Shown: positions 30,601-40,653 of the stretch, piece by piece
Position numbering within the stretch: position 1 is the first letter of the stretch
Layout of the letters: the number at the start of each line of letters is the position of its first letter
Source of the DNA: Chthoniobacterales bacterium
GTDB lineage: Bacteria > Verrucomicrobiota > Verrucomicrobiia > Chthoniobacterales > Chthoniobacteraceae
Reading direction: 5' to 3'
Assembly: GCA_038207335.1 (NCBI GenBank)
Contig: JBBQZX010000001.1
Coordinates: 128,001 to 192,000, forward strand
DNA length: 64,000 nucleotides
The notes under the pieces: generated by a model
Told to the model about the DNA's origin: nothing
Database searches by the model: none
What the model saw: the letters and a program-made list of their open reading frames with translations, nothing else
Made by a program: the position numbers and the translations under genes

Positions 30601-31492
30601 CCTGCGCTGAAATATAAAATTCCACGATCGTCTTGTCCGCCTTTGGCGGGAGGGACGCGCCAAAAACGTGGTCGCTCGCGAGGGCATCGCCATGCGCCCC
30701 ATCGTCAAACATCGGAATCGAACTCCATGTCGCGACGCCGTCGTTGCGATAGAAAAGGGTGGCGCTCACGCCGCTGGGCTGCTCGTCGGTGATGGTGGCC
30801 GTGACGATGACTTGATCGGTGTGCGTCGGCACTAGCGGAAAGTGTGCGACATCTAGAATGACGGGCGCGATGTCGTTCGCGGCGATGCTGTTCACGGCGC
30901 CCGGTGTGCCGCCGTGGATCGTGAGGGTGCCGGCCACGCTCGCGCCCCAGTTTTGCCCGACGTCGTTACCGATGGCGGGATTGGGATTGATGAGCTCGAG
31001 CGACTTCCCGTCACCGTCCGCCGAGCTTTGCCAGCCCCAGCCTTTGTGTCCGTAATCCGCGACGACGTCCTGCTTTCGCACCGCCCAATCGCCGTCATCA
31101 GCGTAGCTCACTTCGTCGCGTTTCAAGCCGAGATTATCGTCAAGCTCGATGCGGTTCGCACTGTTGCTGAGCTGGCCGGTCCAGCCGCCGACGTAGTTCG
31201 CCACACTGGGATAATCTGCATGAAAGACAGCGCTGTTTGCCGCCACGACGAGGTATCCGCCCGCCGCGATGGTCGTGCCATTTGGAAAAGTGAACGCGAC
31301 TCCATTTGTGAATTTCCATCCGCTCAAATCGACCGCGACTCCCGCTGGATTATAGAGTTCCACCCACTCCTCGGTCGTCAGCTCGGATGGCGGGTGATAC
31401 ATGATCTCGCTGAGCATCACTTCGGCGCGCGCTTCGGTGGCGAGGCTGGCGGAGAAGATCGCGAGGAGAAGAAGGCGGAGGATATTGCGCAT
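24647..31492 (-). CDS. Giant secreted multi-lamin-tail-domain / CotH / beta-helix protein
   Basis: Signal peptide from ATG 31492; several LTDs (LSEIMYH, INEVIA, INEWL, LNEVLA, VNEWLA); CotH-like YYLYF...IPYDLD; parallel beta-helix region; DTDHDGIPDAWE Ca-binding repeat; FYRVV C-terminus. Confidence 0.85.
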   Translation of the reverse strand: MRNILRLLLLAIFSASLATEARAEVMLSEIMYHPPSELTTEEWVELYNPAGVAVDLSGWKFTNGVAFTFPNGTTIAAGGYLVVAANSAVFHADYPSVANYVGGWTGQLSNSANRIELDDNLGLKRDEVSYADDGDWAVRKQDVVADYGHKGWGWQSSADGDGKSLELINPNPAIGNDVGQNWGASVAGTLTIHGGTPGAVNSIAANDIAPVILDVAHFPLVPTHTDQVIVTATITDEQPSGVSATLFYRNDGVATWSSIPMFDDGAHGDALASDHVFGASLPPKADKTIVEFYISAQDAGAKIRTWPAPAINSAGTAGQFTNCLYQVDETAYAGAEPLYKVIMRAVDKAELVQINANTPVAPFSTSDQTLSHAKMNTTWVTRDGVGSELRYLVGTRNRGHGSRSALPQSLNVSFENAHTWKNLTALNLNTQTTHSQLFGSALFRQAGLATPDSRQVQVRWNALDHSSSGSPSYGFYVANEVQNSEFADHHFPLDSSGNIYRGNRTDVAPPANTMSDAYLEYQAPVAGQLPPDPYRTVFFKKTNASEDKWTDLIGLTQALAKGRSDAAYNVTYAIDEADYVSSIQAKVDVAEWARFFATETLVDNSETNISSGYGDDYYLYFGVLDPRAKFIPYDLDTICGQGDNVPTPTQHGLFRMIQKDNATANGPTPMNAFFKTPAFSRIYYGQLKSLLDGAFAPANFNPLVDQILTGVVPTAQITSIKTFQTARTAYIASLVPLNVSVTNTQTLTGTALPTQSGFTISVAPRAATTPANVTNADPSHIKLIGKASAITTASVKVNGVAATWSAWQAQWTAASVTLTPGTNRILIQSFNSTGAETDRAIQEIWYDDASVVSVSGSITGATTWTAAGGPYNVTATATIPSGATLTIQPGTVVYLNTGVNLVVANGGRLLAEGTEGAPIHFTRTPGATTNWGSIQINGAAGSPETRIAYAHLDFAGGSPQILCSNATVYLDHLTFGSTATSYLHLDSSSFLVSNCTFPNTTAAFEPVHGVGGVKAGGYGIVRDSYFGISSGYSDIIDFTGGSRPNEPLVQFYNNVFMGSTDDILDLDGTDAWIEGNIFLHSHKNGSPDTSSPVSGGEDQGTVNNKSEITIIGNIFFDCDCMITAKEGNFFTMLNNTMVHQNRTGGTETRGGVINLADDGIAQGVGTYVEGNIIDDVEALARTYSPPLTSVLTFNNNLLPFAWSGPGSGNTVANPRFKHVPDVSETNFATFAEAQVMRDWFSLLPGSPAIGTGPNGRDKGGVVNHGASIGGEPRGTTNLRTATLTVGTNMTGFAIPTGPWPLGSGFTKYQWKLDSGAFSSETPIGTPISLSGLANGPHTVTVIGKNDVGLYQNDSKLGPDGTVTISKTWTVDPTYVAPPAPGVRINEVIAKNTESVPVGSPATYPDAIELYNPSATATVLVGLVLTDGGTPPNTFTFPAGTPDLAPGAFRVIYADTDIAAGHTGFGIKQSGDSVTLKSSTGVVIDTISFGAQLADYSIGRRSTDAAWDLCVPTFGSANIVAAQSPSVGVQINEWLTDERVGTDFIELFNPASLPVNIGNHYLTNNPVENITVSPLSPLTFIAPSGYVSFKADSDPQQGADHLAFKLTPTQGEIGFFDPAQNLIDSIVYGSQSTDVSEGRTPNGTSTFAFFNQPTPGAPNPGVVGGGGGGTTTVHLVPANQTWRYYVGVTAAPPNDAQSRPFTDSLFTDTSWNGPSQQLLYIENAALTNGDGFTKASALPGFGAARPYQTYYFRTHFTYSGALNGVTLNATLMLDDGCVLYLNGQEITPTAGRVGMASGTVAWSTLANRTQGDAAPESVILPASQLVVGDNVLVAEVHQADTQSSGSGSSDIVWGMKLDADVPVAGAGNSLVLNEVLALHTTAPNPDGSLLGWIELHNTSGSSIDISDVSLTDNVSSPRKWIAPASTIIPSDGYLVLQTDALAAPSATNAGFGLSPAGGGVFLFRKIAEGGGLEDSVTFGQQLPDLAVGRVANGVGPFVLTLPSRGGTNVAAGLGSVTAVKVNEWLANPSTPPGFFELYNTSAQPILLSGNFLTDNLTKRDKFQIPALSFIGGAGTSRWQAYIADNDTSGAPGHVNFALNPSGEAIGLFSASGTQIEAISFGPQSLGISGGRFPDGTATIADLMPTPGAANVQASTDTDHDGIPDAWELAHGLNPNDPNDGALDADGDGQSNLSEYLAGTDPQNPADRLTVAITSPAPGQTHIKFTASANNGYTIQYKAALTDATWIKFTDIAPQASAHAVDVTDATPSLTQRFYRVVTPIQP

Positions 31493-31698
31493 GAGATGGG
31501 GTCCGGGCGAACTCTGCACGCATCGAGACGCGCGGAATCAGTGGGGTGAATTTCAGCGTAAACCGGACCAGACGATGCGAAAGGAGAGATGCAATGACAG
31601 TTGCGTCACCGGCGTCGTTGCTGCCACGCAATCATTTCAGATATTTCACGCGAATTCTTCAGAAGCTGTGGCTAATTAGTGTCAGTTACTTTCCCTCC

Positions 31699-34600
31699 AT
31701 GATTCCCCGCTCTGTCCGGCTTTTGGTCGCGTTAGCCACCGCGTTCGTTTCCCTACACGTCGTGGCGCAGGTGCCGCGGGTCTATTTGAAATTCGATGGC
31801 ACCCTCGCCGACTCGTCATCGGCTCCCGTCCTGACGAGCATCAATCCAAGCGCCGGTTGGACGCCGACGTACGGCATCGATCGCAACGGTGCGGCTGGCA
31901 AGGCACTCGATATTTCCGCGGGATCGCGGAGCCTCCAGCTCATCTCGTCGGCGAATTTCGGGAACTCGAATCTCGCCCTCGGCCTGCGCAACTCGATCGG
32001 CACGAGCACGTCGTTCACGCTTTCCGCGTGGATTTACTGCACAAATACCTCCGGCGGCTACAACACGGTCTTCGGCAATCTCGGCTCAGGCGCGGGAACG
32101 CTCCATGCCGGGCTTGGCAGCAACGTCGCGAAGACGCATTTCGGCTTCGATGGGAACGATGTGAACGGCGCGCTGACCGACATCGCGGGCGGTAGCACCA
32201 GCGTGAATCAGCCCGGCTGTTGGTACCACCTTGCATTCGTCTATGACTCTTCGGCCCAGACGCAGCGCATCTTCATCAACGGCATCCCGGAGATCACGCG
32301 CACCGGCGTGACGAACAATCTCAAAATCTCCGATGTCCTCATCGGCAACTGGAACACAACGACGGACGCATCGAACGACTTCCGTGGCCGCATCGACGAT
32401 GTCGCGATCTACGCCAGCGCGCTCACCGGCCCGCAAATCGCGTGGCTCTACAACGGCGGCGACGCAAACACTCTGCCCACCGGGTCTTTTTCCTCGGCGA
32501 AATTGCCGGGCTTCACCAACGCCGCGGGCAAATGGGGCGTGCGGGAAATCAAGAACTACACCGCTCCGACGAACAGCCCGGGGATCGGCTACGGCGTGCT
32601 TGTGAATGCCGAGCGCATCGCCCGCGCGCCGACTACGACGTCCTCGGGCGTGCAACTGGACTACCTCACGCCGCTGATCAATTTTGCCGACCCCGAGAAC
32701 GGCGGCGCGAGCAACTTCGACAACACCTCCGCGTTCGGCACGGACACACCTGCCGACGACAACAGCTTCATGATGATCGCCAAATGCGCGGTCCGCATCC
32801 CGGTCGAGTCGGATTACAGCTTCGGCTTTCGCAGCGACGATGGCGCGCGGTTGCGCGTGCTCGGCCAGACCTTCATCTCGTCCTACGCGATCAATGGATC
32901 GGCCGGAAATACAGCCATCCCTGCGCATCTAGGCGACAGCATCCAATATACAACCGGCACGGGAAACAGCGGCACGATGGGCGTCGTGCATCTCACGCCC
33001 GGCGACTACAATCTGGAGTTCTTGTATTGGGAAGGCAGCGGCGGCTCGTATGCCGAAGTCTTCGCGGCGACGGGCGCGAAGACCTCCTTTGACAGCACTT
33101 TCCAGCTCATCGGAAATACCGCAGCGGGCGGGCTGGAGATCGTCCGCGACCCGGACACCTATCCGCGCATCCCGGCGTTCACGGTGGCTGGCGGGGGCTC
33201 GATTTTCGTGCACAACGGCCTGCCTGCAAACGCGACGTTTGCGTGGCAGACGAACGCCGACTCTTTGCCCGGAACTACCGTGAGCATTAGCCCGACGATC
33301 GGCACGGTCGCGGCCAGCGGCAGCACTACGATCCCGACGCCCGCGCAATCCACGACCTACACGATCACCGTGTCCAACGCCGTCGAAACCGCGACGAAAA
33401 CTGTGCGTATTTTTGTCGATGAAGCGCCGGTGATCAACAGCTTCACGGCGAATCGCACGACAGTCACGACGAGCGCGCCCGTCACGCTGAACTGGTCGGT
33501 CGATGGAGCGACGACGCTCACGCTCGATCCGGGAAATATCAACGTCACGGGGCAGACGAGCCGCGTGGTGAATCCGGCGACCACAACGACTTACACGCTC
33601 ACGGCATCGAACGTCGCGGGGTCCGTGCAGCTGCCGCTCACCATCACGGTCGGGCCGCCGCCGGTCATCTCGTCGTTCACCACGAGCGACGCGAATCCGC
33701 TCTACGGCGCGCAGGTCACGCTCGCGTGGAGCGCGTCGAATTTCGACACGCTCTCGATCGATCAGGGCCTCGGCGCGGTCTTCGGGGCGAGCGGCTCCGT
33801 CACGGTAGCGCCGCTTGTCACGACGACTTACACTTTCACCGCGACGAACGGTTTCGGCTCGGTGACCGCGAGTGTGGTCGTGAATCAGCCGACCCCGATC
33901 GGCGTGAATGCAAGCGGCTTCACGGTCACGCGCTACAATGCAAGCACGTCGCTCCCGTTTACTGGAATGGGATACCTTCAAAGCGCCGACGCGCTGATCG
34001 CAGGGACAAATCTCTCCGGCGCGCCCATCACTGCGACAGGGGTGACTTCCATCAATTACTCCGAGGGTGCGGACGGCGAATTTACGCCGGGCAACACGGC
34101 ATTCCCCGGCACCGCCGCCAGTGGCGTGAACTTCGCTTTGCGTGTCACGGGCATTTTGAATGTGAACACGCCGGGCGAATACACGTTCGTGCTGAACAGC
34201 GACGACGGCGCGCGGCTGCGCGTCGATGGGCAGGATGTGATCGTCGATGACGCGACCCACGGGCCGAGTTCGAATTCCGGTAAAGTAACGATCACCAAGG
34301 CGCAGGTGCCGATCGAGATCGTCTATTACAATGCGCCGACGAATGGCGGCAGCGCGGGCGCGGAACTGGAGTTCGCGTGGATTCGCCCGAACCTGCAATG
34401 GACTCTCCTCGGCAGCGTCACGCCAACGCCGCCCGTCGTGCTAGGGCAGGTGATGATTTCCGAATTCGTCGCCGACAACAACAAGTCGCTCGCCGATGAA
34501 GACGGGACGTTTGCGGACTGGATCGAGATTTGGAATTCGACCAACGCGACCGTCAACTTGAGCGGTTATTACCTCACCGACGACGCCGCGACGCCGAACA

Positions 34601-37600
34601 AATGGGCCTTTCCCACAGGCCCCGGCTGGACACTCGGGCCGAACAAATACCTTGTCGTCTTCGCATCGCAGAAAGATCGTCGGCCCGCGCAGGCAGTCGC
34701 CGGGCAGGACAATCCGGGAACCGCTGCGCAGCCGCATCTGCACACGAATTTCAAGCTGCCAAAAGGCGGTGGCTATCTTGCACTGAACAAAGACAACGGC
34801 TCCGGCGGCTTCGCCCCCGTCACGGTTTTCGCCGCCTATCCGCCGCAGCTTACCGACGTGAGCTATGGCACGTCGGACGCCGAGAGCTACCTCGGTTTCA
34901 TGCAGACGCCGACGCCCGGCCAGCCGAACACCGTATCGTTTGCCGGCTTCGTCTCCGACACGAATTTCGACCACGCCCGCGGACGTTACACCGCACCATT
35001 TTCACTCGCCATTACGACCGCGACGCCCGGCGCGACGATCCGATACACGACGGATGGCAGCACGCCGACGCTTACAAACGGCACGACCTACACCGGCCCG
35101 GTCCCAATCAGCGCGACGACTGCCATCCGCGCCACGGCCTTCAAGACCGGCTGGAAGCCGACGAACGTTGATACGAATACGTATATTTTCACCGCCGATG
35201 TCGCGAACCAGACTTCGGCCACTGCGATAGCGCTTGGCTTCCCATCCGGCTCGGTGAATGGCCAGGTCTTCCGATATCCGGTGGCGCTCGCAAATGTCGT
35301 GGACGCGGGCGGCGGCAAGGCGAAGACCTTCACCGATGAACTCGCCGCGATGCCGACCGTTTGCATGAGCACGGACATCGGGAATCTTGCGGACCCGGCG
35401 ACGGGGATCTACGCGAATCCGGCGAAGCACGGCCTTTTCTGGGAGCGCCCCGCCTCCATCGAATACCTCAACGCAGCCGGCGGCTCCGAGTTTCAAATCG
35501 ACTGCGGCACTCGCGTCCGCGGCGGGTACTCGCGTTCGACCAACAATCCAAAACACGCCTTTCACCTCTTCTTTCGCGGCAGCCTGTACGAGGGGGATTT
35601 GAAATATCGGCTCTTCGGCGCGGCTGGCGCGGATCATTTCAGCCAGATCGATATGCGCTGCGAAGAGAACTATTCGTGGAGCTTTGCCAACGACTCGAAG
35701 AACTTGCTCGTGCGCGAGGAGTGGAGCCGCCTCACGCAAGCAGACATGGGTCAGCCCTACGCGCGCACCGGGTACTTCCACCTCTTCATCAACGGCATTT
35801 ATTGGGGCGTGTACAATTGGGAGGAACGCACGGAAGCGTCGTTCGGCGAGACCTACCTCGGCGGCTTGAAAGACAACCAGGACACTGTGAAAAGCGCGGG
35901 CAGCCCCTCATACGACACCGAGATGACCGACGGAAACTTTGCCGCATGGAAGTCGCTCTTCGACCAGAGTGTGGCACTCAAGAACGATACGACTTCCGAG
36001 GCGAGCCGCACCGCGCGATACCTGCAAATGCGCGGGCTGAATCCCGATGGTACGCGCAACCTCGCCTACCCGGTGCTGCTTGATGTCGATAACCTCATCG
36101 ATTACCTGCTCGTGATTTTCTATGACGGCAGCTTCGACGCGCCGCTCTCCACCTTTCTCAACAACGCGTCGAACAACTGGTTCGGCGTGCGCGACCGCGC
36201 CGGGCAGAAGGGCTTTACCTACTACGCCCACGACAACGAACACGGCTTCGACAGCAACGGCGCGACGAACTCCTACAACCGTGTCGGTCCGTGGGGCGAC
36301 ACCGGCACAAACAACTGGGGCCAAGTCGAATACAACACGCGGACGACTTTCTCGAAAAGCAACCCGCAATACCTCCACGAATTCCTCTGCTACAGCGCGG
36401 AGTATCGCCTGCGCTTCGCCGACCGACTGCAAAAGCATCTCTTCAACAACGGCGCGCTCACCACGGTGAAAGCCACCGCGCGCTTCAACGCACTCGCCGA
36501 CCAAGTGGCCACCATAATCGATGCCGAGGCCGCGCGCTGGGGATCCACGTCGCTCAACCGTAACTCCTGGCTCACCGCACGCGCCGGCGGCATCACCTTC
36601 ATGAACACGGGCGGGAACGTTGCAGCCAACCATCCCGCGATGCAGGGCGGCGACCGGACAAATTTGCTGCTGCAATTTTTCCGCAGCTACACGGACAATG
36701 GTGCGAAACCGCTCTATCCTGTCACCACCACCGCGAGCAGCATCCCGCTACCGGCCTTCAACGCGCCGATCTTCACCGGGAATTTCGGCGGCCCCGTCGC
36801 CAAGCCCTACAGTTTCACCATCGGTAATTCCAACGGTGCCGGCACGATCTACTACACCACTGACGGCACCGACCCGCGCGCCATCGGCGGAGCCACGCCC
36901 TCGGGCACCGCGATCTCTGCCCAGAGCCCCGCATCCGTCACGCTCACGCAGCCCGCCACCGTCCGCGCGCGCATCTACAATGGCGCGTTGCCGACCCCGT
37001 GGAGCGCCATGACCGAGGCGAATTTCCTCGTCGGCTCCGCGCCCTCCGCCACTACGCTCGTGGTCTCGCAAATCCACTACAACCCGGCTGGCGCGACGAA
37101 TCTCACGCAGTTTATCGAGGTCATGAATATCGGCGCGATCCCGCTCGATCTGACCAATGTGCGCTTCACGCTCGGAATCACCTTCACATTCCCGAGCGGG
37201 TATATGCTCGCGCCTGGCGCGCGAGCGGTCATCGTGCGCGATCAGGCCGCATTCGCCGCGGCGTATGGCAGCAGCGTGCCGGTCGTTGGTGTTTTTCCAA
37301 GTGGCACCTTTCTCGGTCTCAGCGGCGCGCGACTGCAAATCACCAACGCCTCGAATACGATCATTCGCGACTTCACCTACGCTACCACCGCGCCGTGGCC
37401 GACTAGCCCCAACGATGGTGGGCCGAGCCTCATGCTCATCCGCCCCGAGACGAATCCCAATCCCGCCAGCGGCGCAAACTGGCGCGCGAGTTCGCTCGCC
37501 GGCGGCAATCCCAATTCCACCGACAGCTTCCGTTACAGCGCGTGGGCCGCTGCGAATAACATCACCGACCCTGCCGGCGACAACGACCGGGACGGCATCT

Positions 37601-37926
37601 CGAACTTCCTCGAATACGCGCTCGGCACCGACCCGAACGACCCGGCATCCGCCGATCGTCCGACTTTTGGCACTCAGGCAATCGATGTCGGCGGCACGGT
37701 TTCCGACTACCTCACGATCACTTTCCCGCGCGCCAGCAATCGCGACGACGCGACGTATTCCGCCGAGGCAACCGCCGACGTGACCACCGCTTGGAGTCCT
37801 GCCGTGCTCGTCGGTTCGCCGACTTTCAACGGTGACGGCACCGAAACGCTCACCTACCGCTACCCGCAGCCGAAGTCCACCGACGCGAGCCAATTCCTGC
37901 GACTGCGCATCACGACCGCGCCCTGA
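31699..37926 (+). CDS. Giant secreted LamG / PA14 / LTD / CotH / Fn3-like protein
   Basis: Signal peptide from ATG 31699; LamG (WYHLAFVYD, GRIDDVAIY); two PA14-like SDDGARL; LTD ISEFVADN; chitobiase-like IRYTTDGS; CotH INGIYWGVY..EER; DNDRDGISNFLEYALGTDP; FLRLRI C-terminus. Confidence 0.85.
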   Translation: MIPRSVRLLVALATAFVSLHVVAQVPRVYLKFDGTLADSSSAPVLTSINPSAGWTPTYGIDRNGAAGKALDISAGSRSLQLISSANFGNSNLALGLRNSIGTSTSFTLSAWIYCTNTSGGYNTVFGNLGSGAGTLHAGLGSNVAKTHFGFDGNDVNGALTDIAGGSTSVNQPGCWYHLAFVYDSSAQTQRIFINGIPEITRTGVTNNLKISDVLIGNWNTTTDASNDFRGRIDDVAIYASALTGPQIAWLYNGGDANTLPTGSFSSAKLPGFTNAAGKWGVREIKNYTAPTNSPGIGYGVLVNAERIARAPTTTSSGVQLDYLTPLINFADPENGGASNFDNTSAFGTDTPADDNSFMMIAKCAVRIPVESDYSFGFRSDDGARLRVLGQTFISSYAINGSAGNTAIPAHLGDSIQYTTGTGNSGTMGVVHLTPGDYNLEFLYWEGSGGSYAEVFAATGAKTSFDSTFQLIGNTAAGGLEIVRDPDTYPRIPAFTVAGGGSIFVHNGLPANATFAWQTNADSLPGTTVSISPTIGTVAASGSTTIPTPAQSTTYTITVSNAVETATKTVRIFVDEAPVINSFTANRTTVTTSAPVTLNWSVDGATTLTLDPGNINVTGQTSRVVNPATTTTYTLTASNVAGSVQLPLTITVGPPPVISSFTTSDANPLYGAQVTLAWSASNFDTLSIDQGLGAVFGASGSVTVAPLVTTTYTFTATNGFGSVTASVVVNQPTPIGVNASGFTVTRYNASTSLPFTGMGYLQSADALIAGTNLSGAPITATGVTSINYSEGADGEFTPGNTAFPGTAASGVNFALRVTGILNVNTPGEYTFVLNSDDGARLRVDGQDVIVDDATHGPSSNSGKVTITKAQVPIEIVYYNAPTNGGSAGAELEFAWIRPNLQWTLLGSVTPTPPVVLGQVMISEFVADNNKSLADEDGTFADWIEIWNSTNATVNLSGYYLTDDAATPNKWAFPTGPGWTLGPNKYLVVFASQKDRRPAQAVAGQDNPGTAAQPHLHTNFKLPKGGGYLALNKDNGSGGFAPVTVFAAYPPQLTDVSYGTSDAESYLGFMQTPTPGQPNTVSFAGFVSDTNFDHARGRYTAPFSLAITTATPGATIRYTTDGSTPTLTNGTTYTGPVPISATTAIRATAFKTGWKPTNVDTNTYIFTADVANQTSATAIALGFPSGSVNGQVFRYPVALANVVDAGGGKAKTFTDELAAMPTVCMSTDIGNLADPATGIYANPAKHGLFWERPASIEYLNAAGGSEFQIDCGTRVRGGYSRSTNNPKHAFHLFFRGSLYEGDLKYRLFGAAGADHFSQIDMRCEENYSWSFANDSKNLLVREEWSRLTQADMGQPYARTGYFHLFINGIYWGVYNWEERTEASFGETYLGGLKDNQDTVKSAGSPSYDTEMTDGNFAAWKSLFDQSVALKNDTTSEASRTARYLQMRGLNPDGTRNLAYPVLLDVDNLIDYLLVIFYDGSFDAPLSTFLNNASNNWFGVRDRAGQKGFTYYAHDNEHGFDSNGATNSYNRVGPWGDTGTNNWGQVEYNTRTTFSKSNPQYLHEFLCYSAEYRLRFADRLQKHLFNNGALTTVKATARFNALADQVATIIDAEAARWGSTSLNRNSWLTARAGGITFMNTGGNVAANHPAMQGGDRTNLLLQFFRSYTDNGAKPLYPVTTTASSIPLPAFNAPIFTGNFGGPVAKPYSFTIGNSNGAGTIYYTTDGTDPRAIGGATPSGTAISAQSPASVTLTQPATVRARIYNGALPTPWSAMTEANFLVGSAPSATTLVVSQIHYNPAGATNLTQFIEVMNIGAIPLDLTNVRFTLGITFTFPSGYMLAPGARAVIVRDQAAFAAAYGSSVPVVGVFPSGTFLGLSGARLQITNASNTIIRDFTYATTAPWPTSPNDGGPSLMLIRPETNPNPASGANWRASSLAGGNPNSTDSFRYSAWAAANNITDPAGDNDRDGISNFLEYALGTDPNDPASADRPTFGTQAIDVGGTVSDYLTITFPRASNRDDATYSAEATADVTTAWSPAVLVGSPTFNGDGTETLTYRYPQPKSTDASQFLRLRITTAP

Positions 37927-37941
37927 TTTGGGCGTTCGTGA

Positions 37942-39219
37942 TTAGTCGCGGAATTCGCGGGCGACGAGCGTGGCGTTGTGGCCGCCGAAGCCGAAGGAGT
38001 TGTTGAGCGCAACGCGGACTTTTTTCTGGCGCGCGACTTTCGGCACGTAGTCGAGGTCGCACTGGGGATCGGGGTTGTCGAGATTGATGGTCGGCGGGAT
38101 GAGGCTGTTCTGGATCGCGAGGACGCAGACGATCGTCTCGACCGCGCCCGCGGCACCGAGCAGGTGACCGGTCATGGACTTTGTCGAACTCACGACGAGC
38201 CCGCCGTTTTCGCCCGCACCGGCGCGCGCGACGTGATCGCCGAAGAGGGACTTGATGGCCTTTGTCTCACACACATCGCCGACCGGCGTGGAGGTGCCGT
38301 GGGCATTCACGTAATCGACGTCGGTGAGGTTGAGCCCAGCTTTATCGAGCGCCATTTTCATGCAGCGCACGGCTCCGCGACCCTCGGGATCGGGCGCGCT
38401 CATGTGGTAGGCGTCGGACGTGAGGCCGTATCCGACGATCTCGCCGTAGATGCGAGCGCCGCGTCTTTTTGCATGCTCGAGTTCCTCGATGATCACGATG
38501 CCCGCGCCTTCGCCCATGATGAAGCCGTCGCGATCTTTGTCGAAAGGACGCGACGCGCGCGTGGGGTCGTCGTTGCGCGTGCTTAGTGCTTTCATGGCGG
38601 CGAAACCGCCGATTCCGAGCGGCACGATTGTGGCTTCCGAGCCGCCCGCGGCAAAGACATCGGCGTCGCCCTCGCGAATCATTCGCCATGCCTCGCCGAT
38701 CGCGTGTGCAGCGGTGGAGCACGCGGATACGGGCGCAAAATTGGGCCCGCGCCAGTTGAATTCCATTGAGACGAGACCGCTCGCCATGTTCGAGATCATC
38801 ATCGGGATCATGAACGGCGAGATGCGTCCCGGCCCTTTGTTCATCAGGATCGTGTGCTGATCGGAGATCGACTTCAGCCCGCCAATGCCGCTGCCGATGA
38901 TAACTCCGCACCGGTCGCCCTCTGTGTCGCCGATTCCGAGCAGCCCTGCGTCTTCGATCGCCATCTTCGCCGCCGCCATCGCGAACTGCGAGTAGCGGTC
39001 TGCCCGCCGCGGGTCCTTGGGGTTCTTAAACCATTTCGCCGGCTCGAAATTCTTCACCTCGCCGGCGATCTGGCAGTCGTAGTCCGTGATGTCGAATAGC
39101 GTGATGCGGTCGATGCCGCTGACTCCATTTGTAATGCCCTCCCAGAAGGTGGGAAGATCATGTCCGACAGGTGAAATGACACCCATCCCGGTAACGACGA
39201 CTCTGCGTGGCTGGCTCAT
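37942..39219 (-). CDS. fabF: 3-oxoacyl-ACP synthase II
   Basis: [59 protein letters not shown]. Confidence 0.95.
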   Translation of the reverse strand: MSQPRRVVVTGMGVISPVGHDLPTFWEGITNGVSGIDRITLFDITDYDCQIAGEVKNFEPAKWFKNPKDPRRADRYSQFAMAAAKMAIEDAGLLGIGDTEGDRCGVIIGSGIGGLKSISDQHTILMNKGPGRISPFMIPMMISNMASGLVSMEFNWRGPNFAPVSACSTAAHAIGEAWRMIREGDADVFAAGGSEATIVPLGIGGFAAMKALSTRNDDPTRASRPFDKDRDGFIMGEGAGIVIIEELEHAKRRGARIYGEIVGYGLTSDAYHMSAPDPEGRGAVRCMKMALDKAGLNLTDVDYVNAHGTSTPVGDVCETKAIKSLFGDHVARAGAGENGGLVVSSTKSMTGHLLGAAGAVETIVCVLAIQNSLIPPTINLDNPDPQCDLDYVPKVARQKKVRVALNNSFGFGGHNATLVAREFRD

Positions 39220-39417
39220 AAAAAGGGCGTTACCGAAAAGGCATTTGCGCCCGGTGGCAAACGGAAAGAGAGGGTGCCCGCAAAGCCGCAGCCGAAGATT
39301 TTCCGTGAAATCCATTCCTCGTTGCGTCTTCTCGGCTTTGCACGAGCTACATTTTCGCCTTTGAAAATTGCGGCGAGAGGCTTGTCAGGGAGCTTTCAGA
39401 CTGACAAAAACCGCCCC

Positions 39418-40653
39418 ATGAAACCCTCCCTCCGACTCCTCCCATTCCTCCTCACTGCCGCCGTCGCGAGCGCCGCGGAGCCCGTGCCGACCGGCGAGTT
39501 CGAGAAGATTCAGCTCACGGATCAGTTTTGGGCGGAGGGGGCGAATGTCGGTGATTTTAACCACGACGGGAAACTCGACGCGGTTTATGGGCCGTATTGG
39601 TGGGAGGGGCCGGACTTCAAGAAGCGGCACACGTATGCCGATGACTCACACGTTTCAAAGATCAAAAAGGACGGCGGCACTGAGGAGACGATCGCCGGAT
39701 ACAAAGGCGCGCTTTCCAACGAGAACGAATACTCGAAGAACTTTTTTGCCTTCACTCACGACATCAATGGAGACGGATGGGACGACATCATCATCCTCGG
39801 TTTTCCCGGCGAGGCGTCGTGGTGGTTTGAGAATCCGAAAGGCGCTGAAGGACCGTGGAAGCAGCATGTGGCAATTGATTCGACCGATGGCGAGTCGCCG
39901 ACTTTCACGGACATCACGGGCGACGGAAAGCCGGAGATCGTGTGCATGTCGGGCGGCTTCATCGGCTACGCGGAGTACGATGCGAAGCACCCGGAGGAGA
40001 AATGGGCGTGGCATAAGATCAGTCCGAAAGGGCCGTGGCAGCGGTTCACGCACGGCTTCGGGATCGGCGATGTGAATGGCGACGGGAAGCTGGACATCCT
40101 CGAGCAGAGCGGTTGGTGGGAGCAGCCGGCGTCGCTCGCGGGTGACCCGGAATGGGTGAGGCACGAAGCACTTTTCGGCGGCGGCGGCGCGCAGATGTAT
40201 GCGTACGACGTGAATGGCGACGGGAAGAATGACGTGATCACGAGCCTCGCGGCGCACGGGTATGGGCTCGCGTGGTTCGAGCAGACGGCGGAGGGCTGGA
40301 ACAAGCACGTCATCGTCGGCGACAAGCCGGAGCAGAATCCGCAGGGCGTGAAATTTTCGCAGCTCCACGCGATCGATCTCGTGGATATGGACGGCGACGG
40401 GCTGAAGGACATCGTGACTGGGAAACGCTTCTGGGCGCACGGACCGACGGGTGACGTGGAGCCGGGAGCCACGCCGGTGTTGTATTGGTTTCAGCTCGTG
40501 CGCGAGGGCGGGCAGGCGAAGTTTGTCGCGCACCTGATCGACGACAATTCTGGCATCGGCACGCAGGCCGTGGCGACCGACATCAACGGCGACAAGAAGC
40601 CGGATGTGGTGATCGGAAACAAGCGCGGGGCGTTCGTGTTTTTGAGAAAGTAG
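39418..40653 (+). CDS. Secreted FG-GAP/VCBS repeat protein
   Basis: Signal peptide; repeated D(F/I/V/M)(N/D)(G/H)DG..D motifs; KRFWAHG. Confidence 0.88.
   Translation: MKPSLRLLPFLLTAAVASAAEPVPTGEFEKIQLTDQFWAEGANVGDFNHDGKLDAVYGPYWWEGPDFKKRHTYADDSHVSKIKKDGGTEETIAGYKGALSNENEYSKNFFAFTHDINGDGWDDIIILGFPGEASWWFENPKGAEGPWKQHVAIDSTDGESPTFTDITGDGKPEIVCMSGGFIGYAEYDAKHPEEKWAWHKISPKGPWQRFTHGFGIGDVNGDGKLDILEQSGWWEQPASLAGDPEWVRHEALFGGGGAQMYAYDVNGDGKNDVITSLAAHGYGLAWFEQTAEGWNKHVIVGDKPEQNPQGVKFSQLHAIDLVDMDGDGLKDIVTGKRFWAHGPTGDVEPGATPVLYWFQLVREGGQAKFVAHLIDDNSGIGTQAVATDINGDKKPDVVIGNKRGAFVFLRK

Noticed and set aside
37942..39219. fabF as part of a PKS or secondary-metabolite cluster
   Set aside because: There is no adjacent ACP, chain-length factor or tailoring gene; the sequence looks like ordinary FabF.
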